Origin: Malacoraja senta
Taxonomy: Eukaryota
Direction: 5' to 3'
Assembly (NCBI GenBank): GCA_038087875.1
Contig: CM075990.1
Span: forward strand, 10,356,001 to 10,420,000
DNA length: 64,000 nucleotides
Positions within the stretch are counted from its first letter, which is position 1. Each line of letters begins with the position of its first letter. The translations under genes and the position numbers were made by a program. This document shows positions 10,498-22,139 of the stretch, piece by piece. Below the pieces are notes generated by a model. It saw only the letters and a list, made by a program, of their open reading frames with translations, made no database searches and was not told where the DNA came from.

Positions 10498-11964
10498 CGT
10501 CAAATTGATGTCCTTTTGCTTGTCGTAACTATTTAAAGAAGTTAAGAAGAAATTCTATAAAATAAAACTATTTAAGATGTATGAAGAAATTCAAAAAAAT
10601 AATGCAAACAAGGTTCTATATATCTCCAGTGGAGACAATAACTTGTAACTGAAAGAGCAGGCAGATAACTAGCTGGTTTGCCACAGTATATTTAAATCTC
10701 TATTAGTGCCATGGAGTAGCTTGGTTCTTATACAGAGATGCTGCCTGTCCCTGTGAGTTACACCAGTATTTTGTGTCTATCTTTGATTTAAACCACTGTA
10801 CAAATACAGTCTCTACAAATTCACACTCTATCCTCTTCCCACCCTGCATCATCCTAACCTCTCTATATATCTTTCAATTTCATCTCCTCTAATACCCATT
10901 TTAGTCACCTACATTATACATCTTCATTACTCCCTGTGGTAGCAGGTCCCAGATTCTCACCGTGATAATAGTGAAAAACATTCTCTTGGCATCTCCACTG
11001 GAATTCACTCATGACATTTGTATACATTTTCCCCTTAGCTTAGGACTCTCCAACAATGACCAAATATCGTACAAATATTATTTCTTGTTACATTGTAAAA
11101 CACTGTAAAAACAAAGCTCTTTCGTTCATGTCAACAAAGGAAAAAACGTGTAAAATTTAGATTTTTACCAAATTATATGAATAAATATGGACAAAGTGAG
11201 TGGATTTATCTTTCTTGGCACTTTTGTCTCATTCGGGCTCATTGTACTTCATACACTCAAAATAACAAAATTTTCTTGTTAAAGCAGCCAATTGATTCCT
11301 TCGCTGTTACAGGAAGCAAATTTGAAACATTGATTGACGCACATCTAAAGAAGAAACCGAAACACTAAATTATTCTTTAACTACAACAAATTGTGTTTAC
11401 AATGCACCCTTAACACAGGAAATCATCCCAATGTGGTTCCTGGGAATATTAAGAAACACAATTTAGTACCAAGCCACATGCAGGTGAGCAGAATATTTCC
11501 CAAAGAGTAAGAATTTTAAAAGAGAAAGAAAAGATAATGTGAAGACAGGGGAGGTACAGATCAAAATCTTTCTTCATAATAGAAAAAGAGAGTTTAATTG
11601 TGGAATGCTGCTAACTGGAAAGTATTATCATAATTCAAGTCTTTCCGTTATTGAAGGAGGCAAACTATTAGGAACTTGCTTCAAGAGACAAAACTACAAC
11701 CAATCGTAGTGAAGGGAATTAGTTTGTTACCTTCTATTGAAGCAGTTAGTCATTGGATGAGCAATAAATTGGACTGGACAGGGCATTAGTCTTTGGCAGA
11801 AGAGATTGGAGGAGCTGAGGAAATAAATAACCTTTCTCATTCCCAATCCTTATTCCATTCCGTCTCTAACTTTCTGGCAACACAGAAACCAGACGTTCGG
11901 GCAAGTGCATCAACTTTCCAATGATGGCCAATGGCAGTGTCTGAGGTGGCACAGCAGAAGTCAC

Positions 11965-13099
11965 AGAGGACTCTCTCCAACTTTTCCAGGTGCACAGTAG
12001 AGAGCATGCTGACTGGTTGCATCGTGGCTTGTTTCGGCAACTTGAGCGTCCAGGAGCAGAAAAGAATGCAGAAAGTTGTGACCACTGCCCAGTCCATCAC
12101 CGGCTCTGACCTCCCCACCATCGAAGGCATCTATCACAGTCGCTGCCTTAAAAAGGCTGCCAGCATCATCAAGGACCCACACCATCCTGGCCACACACTC
12201 ATTTCTCCGCTGCCATCAGGTAGAAGGTACAGGAGCCTGAAATCTGGTACATCCAGGTTCATGAACAGCTTCTTCCCCACAGCCATCAGGCTATTAAACT
12301 CGCCATCAAACGAACTCTGAACTATAAAAGCCTATTGCACTTTATCTTTTCATCTATGCTATATAGACACACTGAACTGTTCTGTATTTATGCTTACTAT
12401 ATTCTGTTGTGCTGCAGCAAGCAAGAATTTCATTTTCCTCTCTGGGACACATGACAATACATAGATACATGGAAAATAGGTGCAGGAGTAGGCCATTCGG
12501 CCCTTCAAGCCTGCACCGCCATTCAATATGATCATGGCTGATCATCCAACTCAGTATCCCGTACCTGCCTTCTCTCCATACCCCCTGATCCCCTTAGCCA
12601 CAAGGGCCACATCTAACTCCCTCTTAAATATAGCCAAATGAACTGGCCTCAACTACCCTCTGTGGCAGAGAGTTCCAGAGATTCACCACTCTCTGTGTGA
12701 AAAAGTTTTTCCTCATTTCGGTCTTAAAGGATTTCCCCCTTATCCTTAAGCTGTGACCCCTTGTCCTGGACTTCCCCAACATCGGGAACAATCTTCCTGC
12801 ATCTAGCCTGTCCAACCCCATAAGAATTTTGTACGTTTCTATAAGATCCCCTCTCAATCTCCTAAATTCTAGCGAGTATAAGCCAAGTCTATCCAGTCTT
12901 TCTTCATATGAAAGTCCTGACATCCCAGGAATCAGTCTGGTGAACCTTCTCTGCATTCCCTCTATGGCTATAATGTCCTTCCTCAGATTTGGAGACCAAA
13001 ACTGTACGCAATACTCCAGGTGTGGTCTCACCAAGACCCTGTACAACTGCAGTAGAACCTCCCTATGATACAGAATAAACTCTCTTGACTTGACTTGAA
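11965..13099 (+). mobile_element. Rex1/Babar-clade LINE 3' fragment, tail split by a CR1 insertion
   Basis: ORF 11931..12320 reads LSNFSRCTVESMLTGCIVACFGN...IIKDPHHPGHTLISPLPSGRRYRS, the Rex1 ORF C-terminus. The tail ATGACAATA|...AATAAACTCTCTTGACTTGACTTGA resumes at about 13064-13099; compare the intact tail at 55430-55463. Confidence 0.85.
12459..13063 (-). mobile_element. Young 5'-truncated CR1 LINE
   Basis: ORF 12624..13046(-) reads YRVLVRPHLEYCVQFWSP...RLRGDLIETYKIL...FFTQRVVNLWNSLPQ. Nearly identical to 59850-60460. Confidence 0.95.
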
Positions 13100-13189
13100 C
13101 GTATTGGATTTTTCTTTAATAAAGAAAAATACTGAATATTGAATATAAATTTTGACATGATACAGAATATAGACATACAGCACTGAATG

Positions 13190-13482
13190 TAAACATTGAC
13201 ACCAAAGGAGGTCAATCAGCCTACCAATTTATTCACTTTCATCACGTACCTATCAACTTGCTCTCAATTCTTTTGCCACTTACCAACATTAAGTGTCAAT
13301 TTGCAGGAAGCTAATTAACCAACCCACTAGCCTTGGGCTGTGGGAGGTAAACAGAGTTGTATAGAAACTCAGGCAAAGATGGTAAGAATGTGTAAACTCC
13401 ACACCGGCAGAATTTAAGATCAGGATTGAAGCTAAGACCTGTAAATCTGCAGCATTAATCACCGTGGCTACTATATCACCCC
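13190..13482 (-). mobile_element. Decayed HE1/V-SINE-like SINE
   Basis: CTAATTAACC..TGTGGGAGGTAAAC..AAACTCCACAC..CAGGATTGAA motifs occur in SINE order. Confidence 0.55.
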
Positions 13483-14369
13483 ATAGCAGAAATCTTTATG
13501 ATATTATGAGGATAACTAATAATATAACCCCGAAGTTAAATGCAATAAAACGCACTTGCCTCTTGACAGACAGAATATGGAATTTGGTTTGAAATTAGAC
13601 AAAATCCAAAATAAAATCTAGATTTACATTGAAATCCAAGCATCTTTTGAAAACAGGTCCATCGCTTTGTTAACACAATGCGATTAAACTATTTTGCATT
13701 CAATTTCTCACTTACATTACACAACCCCAAAAAATAAATTCCCCAATTTGCTACGGAATCTCATACTTTCTTGAAATCAATATAGCGTAGTAGGATAAAT
13801 TACTGGTGGACGTCTGATTATATATTTAACATACAGTAGAAATAATTGTATGTTCTAATCTACTCTGCATTATCTAACATGGAAAAGAAGCATCACTTTT
13901 TTTAAGAGATGTTCGTGAAATTGTGCACCAATTTTCCCGTAATAATTATGAAAGAAATGAAGTTGACTATGTTTCTACCGTAACATTAAAAATATTTTCA
14001 CGCAAACCATTGCAGGATAGTCCCATTTATCACAACAGTATAGTTTTTTTGTCTTGGTCTTATAACTCGTAAATCATAACATTCTTTTGTTGCCAATTTG
14101 GTAAAGGTTACTTTGCATTTTAACGGCTTCAGCTTTCATGTCTTCAGTTGAAGTCTTTAACTTGCTCTCACTCCCCAAGAGCCTTTGATTTAGGGAAGTG
14201 CACAATGGCACTGTGCTTGACACTGCAGCATGAAACCTGTCACCTTTTCCTGGGTTTACAGAGAGTCACAGCTGCAGATGGACAAGCTTCAATGAGCAGT
14301 CCGCAGGGAGCAAGGGACCTGCGGCTCGGACTGAAATCCGAAGAGAAAGAGACAGTCAAGACTGAATCT

Positions 14370-14750
14370 TAAGGTTTGATATGGAGATGATGAGGCCTTT
14401 TATTTTGATCAGGGGAAAATACTGTTTCAGTGGACAGTCAGAAATGTTTTTCCATGGGGGGATTGTCAAAAACTAGAGGCATAGCTTTAAGGTGAGAGGA
14501 GCAAAGTTTAAAGGAGATGTGCAGGTCAATTATTTTTAATTGTACACTTTCCCCTTACATCCGACTTCCCAAAGTACAACACCTCACTTTTGCCCAGATT
14601 AAACTCCAATTGACAGTTCTCTACCCATATACGTAACTGATCTATATCTTGCTTTCTCATTGTCTGCATATCCACCAATTTCTACGTTGTTTTCAAACTT
14701 ACTAACCAACACATCTATATATCCAGCCAAGTCGATTAGATACATCAGAT
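14370..14750. mobile_element. Two decayed CR1 fragments (about 14370-14535 on +, about 14550-14750 on -)
   Basis: GTCAAAAACTAGAGGCATAGCTTTAAGGTGAGAGGAGCAAAGTTTAAAGGAGATGTG matches 280-340. The second part is reverse-strand RT-domain-like (ACAACACCTCAC..ATTAAACTCCA..CCACCAATTT). Confidence 0.6.
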
Positions 14751-14827
14751 GCCCCAATATTTTGAAAATAACCTTGCCAATGGAGAGTACCTAACATCCT
14801 ATGTAGCCAATGCATGGTTCCTTTGAT

Positions 14828-15053
14828 ATACACAAAATTCTCACAAAATTCTGGAGTAACTCAGCGGATCAGGAGAAAAGGAATAGTTGACGTTTCGGGT
14901 CAGAATCCTTCTTCAGACTCTGGTAGAGGATGGGTTCCAACCCGAAGCATCACATATTCTTATTCTCCAGGGATGCTGCCTGATCTGCCGAGTTACTCCA
15001 GTATTTTGTGTCTATCTTCGGCATAAACCAGCATCTGCAGTTCCTTCCTACAC
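14828..15053. mobile_element. Inverted dimer of Penelope-derived short element
   Basis: CTGGAGTAACTCAGC...TTCTTCAGAC followed by CCCGAAGCATCAC...GAGTTACTCCAG...TTCCTTCCTACAC. TTCCTTTG occurs on both flanks. Confidence 0.8.
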
Positions 15054-15199
15054 ACGCTTCCTTTGCTCAACTGGGGGATGAGGTTATGGATGTTGAACAA
15101 ATACCTTGCTCTGAAATCCATTCTGTTCATCTTCCTCTGCCTATTTCCCAAGCCTTGCCTCTTGGCCCTCCATCTCCAAACTCCTCACTTTATTCCTTC

Positions 15200-15935
15200 C
15201 AGTATTAGCCTCTTTCTTTCACATGCATGGTAGAGCAGCATAAAGTACGTGACGAAGGAGAGTCCACATTTGCAAGGAACATGTTCAAGAATCTCACCTT
15301 CGGGAGGACTACATATTTTCCACTACAATCCTGGTAATTGCCCAACTCTCGGAGATTTGTCCGATTATTTTGGTGTGGGAGTGCACTTGGTGTGAGGAGC
15401 CAGGGAAGTATTGGAAAGACATGATCCCCCAGGATTCATCCATCTGGCCTGTGTGAATCGCTGATGAAGTCTAGTAGTACAGACTGTATCTCCCGGAAAC
15501 ATGGCACTCACTGCGAGGAACTGCTTCTTGTGATCTTCACAAATAGGGAATGGAAAACGCTCCAGCCTGCAGCTGAAATTATTTCTTCAGGAAAACCGTG
15601 TCTGGGTGACCTCTCCGATGAAGCGCTAAAGACAAAGTGGAGGATACAGCAAACATCTGCTGCAGTCACTTGGAACAATTCTGTGACAAGGAAATTGAGA
15701 GTCAATGTGACCGCAATCTCAGTGTAGGGAACAGTCCATGGTGGCTGGAAGTCTTTCCACAGAAGGTCACATAGCTTGGCAAGCTCAGATGTGGAAAACC
15801 CGTGCCTGTAACTGTTCATTAGAGAGGTCCAGTTAGAAAGGAGCCTATGAAAAACATCCCGAGGAAAGGCTCTTTGCTGATGGTTATCTCTTTGCTTAAT
15901 GAACTGGATTCTCCATCCTCCTTGAGCGGCCAACT
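15200..15935 (-). pseudogene. Decayed PIF/Harbinger (HARBI1-like) DDE transposase
   Basis: Minus-strand frames give LAKLCDLLWKDFQP..IAVTLTLNFLVTELFQVTAADVCCI, then DHKKQFLAVSAMFPG (15492-15535) and ILGDHVFPILPWLLTP (about 15388-15436). These are collinear with the Harbinger motifs VxVALNFxATGSFQ, CDxxxxIxxVxAxxPG and LLGDxGYPLxxWLLTP. Several frameshifts. Confidence 0.75.
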
Positions 15936-15949
15936 GTGGCATGCCAATG

Positions 15950-16112
15950 TAGACCCAGGAAACTGCAGATAAGGGAATCTTGCATGGAGTGCTGGAGTAA
16001 CTCTGTGGGTCAGGCAGCATATCTTGAGCACACGGATGGGTGACATTTTGGCTCGGGACCTCTTCTCCTGACCCGCAACGCCACCTATCCACGTTCTCGA
16101 CAGATGCTGCAT
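15950..16112. mobile_element. Inverted dimer of Penelope-derived short element
   Basis: GGAAACTGCAGAT..GCTGGAGTAACTC..GGCAGCAT...CCTGACCCGCAACGCCACCTATCC..AGATGCTGC. Confidence 0.7.
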
Positions 16113-16384
16113 GCACTTAGTGTTCTATGGCATCTAGTGATTCAAAGCTGCCAACAATATCACCAATAAATGAGTCTCTCAGTCACTAAATCCTGAATAA
16201 AGACTGCCTGATGTACATTCTATAGACATTGATTGGTGTTGGAGCCAACCTGAAATCAGTTCTGAAGATATCCTATCAGTTCCGCATATCTCAGTATATT
16301 GTCTCTTTAGCTAATGAAGATGACAAGGACTGGTACAATATGCCTGGGATTCAATGGAAACAGTTGAAGTGGAAACTCTATCCA

Positions 16385-16815
16385 CACTTGACTCCATCTA
16401 CACTTCACGCTGCCTCAGCAAGGCCGCCAGCATATTCAACGACTAGTCTCACCCAGGTCACTCCCTCTTCTACCTCTCCCATCAGGCAAGAGGTACAGAA
16501 GTTTGAAAACACTTAACTCCAGATTCAGGGTTAGTTTCTTCCCAGCTCTTATCAGGCAACTGAACTGTCCCCTCGCAGGCTAGAGTACTGTCCTGACCTC
16601 CCATCTACCTCATTGGAGACCTTTGAAATGTCTTTAATTGGACTTTATCTTGCACTAAATGTTAAACCCTTTATCCTTTAACTGCACACTCTGGACGGCT
16701 TGATTGTAATCATGTATAGTCTTTTCTTTGACTGGATAGCACGCAACAAAAGATTTTCACTCTACCTTGGTACACATGATGATAACAACTAAACAAAGCT
16801 ATACTAAACTAAAAC
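16385..16815 (+). mobile_element. Rex1/Babar-clade LINE 3' fragment
   Basis: CTACACTTCACGCTGCCTC..CACCCAGGTCACTCCCTCTTC..CCCATCAGGCAAGAGGTACAGAAG encodes the HPGH..LPSGxRYRS motif. Ends in an (ACTAA)n tail. Confidence 0.8.
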
Positions 16816-17694
16816 TTTCCAGCTCCAGTTTAGTTAGTAGGATTGAAACGTATTATATGACCAGTGATGACCTTAGGTATGCAACTGATGTCAGGAAAAC
16901 TCCAGGCTCCTTGTGAAGAAGTAACCAGCTCAATTTCAAGTCTGGAATAATCTCATGTAGATATGGTCTCCAGGTCATGCTAGTCCGAGTAATGTTGAAA
17001 TCAAGTTGTGCGATGCTTTAAACAAACACAGATGCTATCCATCCCAGTTTCTGGGCTCTGGTGTGTCAAATGTTTGAGGTTACCTTCTTGCTTTATTAGG
17101 ATCAATTTTTTGAATTAGTACCGACCACCAGATTAGCATCAGCTACATGAAGTTAAAGCATCTGGCAACACAATGTTCTGTAATTACTTACAGGGATGCA
17201 GAGGTAGAATTTGGTGAGCTCGATGGAGCCTGGGCAACTTCATCAATAGCCCTGGTCATTAGTAGGTTTCTTCTGTTAATTCCCTCTTTTGGTTTCTTCG
17301 GTCTATGAAGGTCACAAAATCCTAAGAAACTCAGAGTAAAGCAGCCTTTTCATCCACCTGGATGCAGACAACATTCTGCAGTTATGATGGTGCATTGAGG
17401 AACTTGCAACATTGAAACTTGCTTGCCTGGGCTTGTGCATCTCTGCAGAGCGTAGAAACATGCCTGTTGTTGGTGCTGCAGTGGAAGCTGTGACAATGGC
17501 CAAGGACAGTGCACATGGATGACCACTGCTTCTGCACTGGAAGGGTCAGGCTCCAGGTTTCATGGAGAGCCCAGCCAGTGCTCGACCCTTGCTTAGTACA
17601 TGATAATGAATTGAGTTTCCTGGCTTTCCAATGCCTCACAGACACTTACCATCCTCGTCTGAACTGAAATACAACTTTACTCTCTGGCAAAGAT

Positions 17695-17820
17695 AGGCAC
17701 AAAGGGGGGTCCCTTTCTTCAGACCCTAGACATCACCTATCCATTTTCTCCAGAGATGCTGCCTGACCCTCTGAGTTACTCCAGTATTTTGTGTCTAACT
17801 TTGATATAAACCAGCGTCTA
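17695..17820 (+). mobile_element. Penelope-derived short element interrupted at its 3' end
   Basis: CATCACCTATCCATTTTCTCCAGAGATGCTGCC...AAACCAGCGTCT. Its continuation GCAGTTCCTT lies at 18620-18629. Confidence 0.75.
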
Positions 17821-17821
17821 G

Positions 17822-18619
17822 TTAAATGTAGTTGTTTGTGGGTTTTTTATACTGTTTTTAACTATGTATATGTGGGGGGCGGGGGCGGGGGGGGGAGGGG
17901 GAAACTTAAAAAATCTCTTCCCTGCACGGGAGACCCGACCTTTTCCCTGTCGGGTCTCCGTTGTCGTTGGGGCCTAGCTCCGTGGAGCGGCCTCCGACCG
18001 GGACGACCTGGGGGCTCCAGTCGCGGAGCCTGTGGAGCTGCGGACTTACCATCGTGGGGCTGGCCGGCCTCGGAGCGTGAGGAGCGGTGGTGGCTCGCTG
18101 CTGCGGCCCGACTCCGGAGCTCCAGCTGCAGACCTGTGGACTACGATATCGGGAACTCGCGGGTCCGGGTGAGAGACCGCTTTCCGGAGCTCCCGCAACG
18201 CAACTTCTCCCGCCCGTGTCGCGGGGTTGGAACGACCCAGAGCGGAGCCGTAAATCGCCCGGCGCGGCTTTAATGGCCGCAGAACATTCCAGCGCCCGCC
18301 GGGGGCTCCAACTTTGTGACTTTTGGGCCCGGAGCGAGGCCGTACACCGCCCGGCGCGGCCTCAACGGCCGTGGGACTTAACATTACCCACCTGGGGCTT
18401 CAACATCGGGAGAAAATGGTGCAGGGGAGAGAAAAGACTTTGCCTTCCATCACAGTGAGGAGGAGATTCACTGTGATGGATGTTTTTTCTGTAAATTCAA
18501 TTGTTTGTGTGTTGTGTAGGAATTGTTTTGTTTGTATGGCTGTGGAAACGGAGTTTCGTTTGAGCCTCTTTGAGGTTCAAATGACAAGAAATAAAATAAA
18601 ATCTAATCTAATCTAATCT
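17822..18619 (+). mobile_element. Young CpG-rich non-coding insertion with a LINE-type 3' tail (unclassified retroposon)
   Basis: Splits the host motif CCAGC(A/G)TCT|GCAGTTCCTT. GC/CpG-rich body, ending ATGACAAGAAATAAAATAAA(ATCTA)n. Confidence 0.7.
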
Positions 18620-18719
18620 GCAGTTCCTTTAATAACATTTGCTCTCTGGCATCTGTGCTCTCATTACATGGCACCCTGGCCCCTGTGTTGGGCGGCAGCC
18701 CATGCAGAGCGATATCGCA

Positions 18720-19010
18720 CGAAAACTGGTCCTTTGGCTTAGCTTGTCCATACCAGCCAAGACACCCCATCTACGCTGGTCCCACCTGCCTGCATTTGAC
18801 CCATATTTCTCTAAACCTCTCCTCTCCATGTACCTGCCCAAATGTATTTTAATGCTGCTACAGTACCTACCTCAACCACCTCTTCTGGCAACTCGTTCCA
18901 TATACTCACCACCTTCTGAGTGAAAAAGTTGCCCCTCAGTTTCCTATTAATCTCATCTTAAACCTATGTCCTCTGGTTCTTGATTCCCCTACCCTGGGTA
19001 AATGACTCGA
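18720..19010 (-). mobile_element. CR1 LINE 3' fragment
   Basis: Reverse strand of the CR1 tail: CCCATATTTCTCTAAACC..CTCAACCACCTC..GTGAAAAAGTTGCCCCTCAG..CTTAAACCTATGTCCTCTGGTT. Confidence 0.8.
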
Positions 19011-19324
19011 ACTCTCAGGGTACATGTCCAGTGGCATCTGGCCGTCCCCATCTTCCTATCCTTCCCCTTAAATTAGACAGTATCGGTAGGGTGAAACGAC
19101 TGCTGCAGTGCAAAATGGAATGATGGTGTGTCCTCACCGGCACGGTAACATTGCTGCCCCTCACCTCTGCTTGGCGCATTGTAGACCTTGGAGGTCTGAA
19201 ATGGGAATAGCAACGTTGATGTTTTAGTATGAGGAGGGGGGTAAGGAAGCAAAGGTGCACACTAACACTTCCTCCAGTTTGTAAGTCAGAAGAGTGTGAG
19301 TTGAGAGGGACATGTAATAGAATC

Positions 19325-19603
19325 GTAGAGAGTCATAGAGTCATACAGCATGGAAACCGGCCCTTTGGCCCAACTTGCCCACACCGGCTAACATGCCCAT
19401 CTACATTGGTCCCACCTGTCTGTGTTTGGCCCATATCCCTCTAAACCTATCCTATCCATGTACCTGTCTAAATGTTTCTTAAATGTTGTGATAATCCCTG
19501 CCCTAACTACCTCCTCTGCAGCTCGTTCCATATACCCTACCACCCATTCTGTAAAAAAGTTGTCCCGCGGGTTCCTATTAAATCTTTTCCCTCTCACCTT
19601 AAA
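19325..19603 (-). mobile_element. CR1 LINE 3' fragment
   Basis: (AGAGTCAT)n tail. ORF 19388..19597(-) reads RGKRFNRNPRDNFFTEWVV...FKKHLDRYM. Confidence 0.85.
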
Positions 19604-20169
19604 AGGTATGGTTTTGAGGATACTCTCATCTTCAATGTTTCTGGCTATTTATCAGGGCATTGCAATAAGAACCAGCAGTGTCTCCATGAGGTTTAGGTTA
19701 TCGCTGAGAAACCTGACCAAAAGCCCAGGCTACATGAACCCCGCACCCTTTTCCCCCACTCACCCCAATTATCCTTGCCCCAGGTTATGCACCAAGTGAT
19801 AACCAAGTGTGAGCGAATGTTGTGAAGTGTGTTTGGGTGATGAGGACATTATAGCATCATCAACGCATGGGCTCATACAACACAGACACAAGCCATTTGG
19901 CTCACCACCCATGCTGACCATTTTGCCCATTACAATAACCAATTTGCCCACATTAGGACCATAATCAATCTGGCAGTTACCCTAGCCGGTGAGATGTGGT
20001 TGACTCAGAGTGCAACATTCTCAGGTGTGTGGAGGGGACTGAGGAGCATCTAACATGAGGGTGATACTTGGCTGTTAGACATTGTTGGTAGGTGAGTGAT
20101 AGAACGGTGGTGCACTGTGGCAAGCTGGTCTGATGTGACATTTGAAAATGTATTCATTGGCCAATCATG

Positions 20170-20345
20170 AAGGATTACTAAATAACATAGGGAACTTCAT
20201 CCAGATCTTTGGATCATTGATCTCTATGACCATCTACCAGCCGTACCACTGTGCTGCCCAGAATATGTTTGACCTCTTCAATTAAAGTCTCGAGTGTAGT
20301 GTCTGAAAGCTGCAGGGGGTGCCCTGTCCTCTGTTTCCCCCATGA
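20170..20345 (-). pseudogene. Possible decayed Myb/SANT-like DNA-binding gene (Harbinger second ORF)
   Basis: The minus strand reads MGETEDRAP, then after a frameshift xSDTTLETLIEEVKHIL. This resembles the RAPxFSDxxLExLVEEV start of Harbinger Myb/SANT proteins. Same strand as, and upstream of, the transposase remnant. Confidence 0.45.
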
Positions 20346-21360
20346 ATGTCACAGGTAAACTTTGCCAACACTTGCTCCATGCACGGTGCAGCTCCACTTT
20401 ATTAGCCCCATGAACGTAATCAGAGCAAATCACTCCCATTACCGACCAGCCACTGGACACTGGCTGGGCTCAGGAATCATGCCAAGGAGCAGGCAACACA
20501 AGTAACATGTTGCCTGTATTTCACTCAAGACGTGTGGGCTAATCACATTTCATGATCTCCGCGTCTGTTTTCAGGCTCTATTAAATTTGGACCATAGGAG
20601 TTTCCTCATGGGGAAAAAGTGAGACAGGGAAAATCAGAGCCATGTTGCTGTCTGAACTCCAACGTGCTCCAGGAGGAAGGAGCTCCAATTTTTGTTCTGG
20701 TGAACACATTAGGAGCAGGCATTGAACTTTGCTGAACACAGCAGAGAAGGAAAGACTGAGACACCTACAATACGTTTTTGGAGGCTGAAACAGAGTACAG
20801 ATTTGCACTCAGTCTGGTGCCTGCTATTACCTGACCAGCTTAAGTTCGAGTGAACTCTTCATTAAAGTAAATTGAGCAAAACATTTATTGGGGCACAATC
20901 AGCAGTATTCCCGAGGGTACAGATCACAGAGCTCTTCATCTCAAGGTGCCGGTTAACTGACACAGGGGGAAACTTTAAGGATATACTTACAAAATATAAA
21001 GAATGTAATTCTGCCAATTAACACTGCAGCACGCACATAAATCACATCAACATGTCCTTATGTGCGGTGGACCCATCCTGGTTCTGATTTTAAAATCTGG
21101 TCTGCCGGAATATCAGGCCAGGCAGGGTCAGCACCGAGCAAGAAGCAGAACGACGGAAATATTTATTTCACAAATATTCTTCCCTCAAACAAAAAATTCT
21201 ATTGTGTATCCTGATGAAATTCCAAGGCCATTACAATTACTTAACATTAGCACGAGACCAGTTATCATTTGTATACACAAAATCTCCCCATGTGTCAGTT
21301 GCTTAAACAAACAGTTTTAACACAGAGCATGCAATGGAACAATGGAGCCCACCACTATCA

Positions 21361-21848
21361 GGGTGGCACAGTGGTTCAGCTGGTACAGCCACTACCTCAC
21401 AGCGCCAGAGATGGTTCAATCCTGACCGGGCACTATCTGTGTGGAGTTTGCATGTTTTTCCTGTGATCGCATAAATTTTCACAGGGTGCTCTGGTTTCCC
21501 CTACATTCCAAGGACGAGCGTGTTTGTAGGTTAATTTGTCACTGTAAAAATTGCCCCTATTGTGTAGAAAGTTGAATAACATAGAACTAGTGTGAATGGA
21601 TGATCGATCGTCAGTGCGGACTCGGTGAGCTGAAGGTTGGCTCAGACTCATGAGCAGTCTGAAGAGGGGTTCCGACCCAAAACGTCACCTATACCTTTTC
21701 TCCAGGGATGCTGCTTGATCCGCTGAGTTAATCCAGCATTTTGTGTCTATCTTCAGTATAAACCATCATCTGTAGTTCCTTCATACACGGTGGCCTGAAG
21801 GGCCTTTTTCAATTCTGTATCTCTAAACTAAGCTAAACTGGGCTAAAC
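21361..21848 (+). mobile_element. HE1/V-SINE-like SINE with a Penelope-derived element (about 21640-21788) inserted in its tail
   Basis: GGGTGGCACAGTGGTTCAGCTGGTA head, V-like core and (CTAAA)n tail. CGGTG(A/G)(G/C)CTGAAGG is repeated on both sides of the insert. Confidence 0.85.
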
Positions 21849-22139
21849 TCTGAAAAGTTTAGCAGAAGAAAGTCAAATGTTTTCCGACTTTCTTAATGGA
21901 GAATGTCTTTCGATTAATTGTGAATGGGTGAATGTTTCACAGAAAACAGTGTAACCACTCAGCACCTAGTTCAACGTGAGTTCGGGCTGCACCGTACTCT
22001 GCAATCAGATTAAGTCAGACTCATGAAAGAATTGAAGACATTTCCCAAAAACTGACCTTGAGCAGTCCCAGCATGAACAGCTTGGACAGCTTGCAGTTCA
22101 CTTCATAACTAACATCCTTAATTCAAAGTCTAATATCTG

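Noticed and set aside
15508..16116. 202-aa ORF as an intact gene (for example a domesticated HARBI1)
   Set aside because: Its N-terminal part comes from a Penelope-derived insert, and the downstream transposase motifs are in other frames, so it is a chimeric pseudogene frame.
17791..18616. GC-rich overlapping ORFs and a possible gene promoter CpG island
   Set aside because: The region interrupts another repeat and ends in a retroposon-type tail. Open frames on both strands are expected from the GC content.
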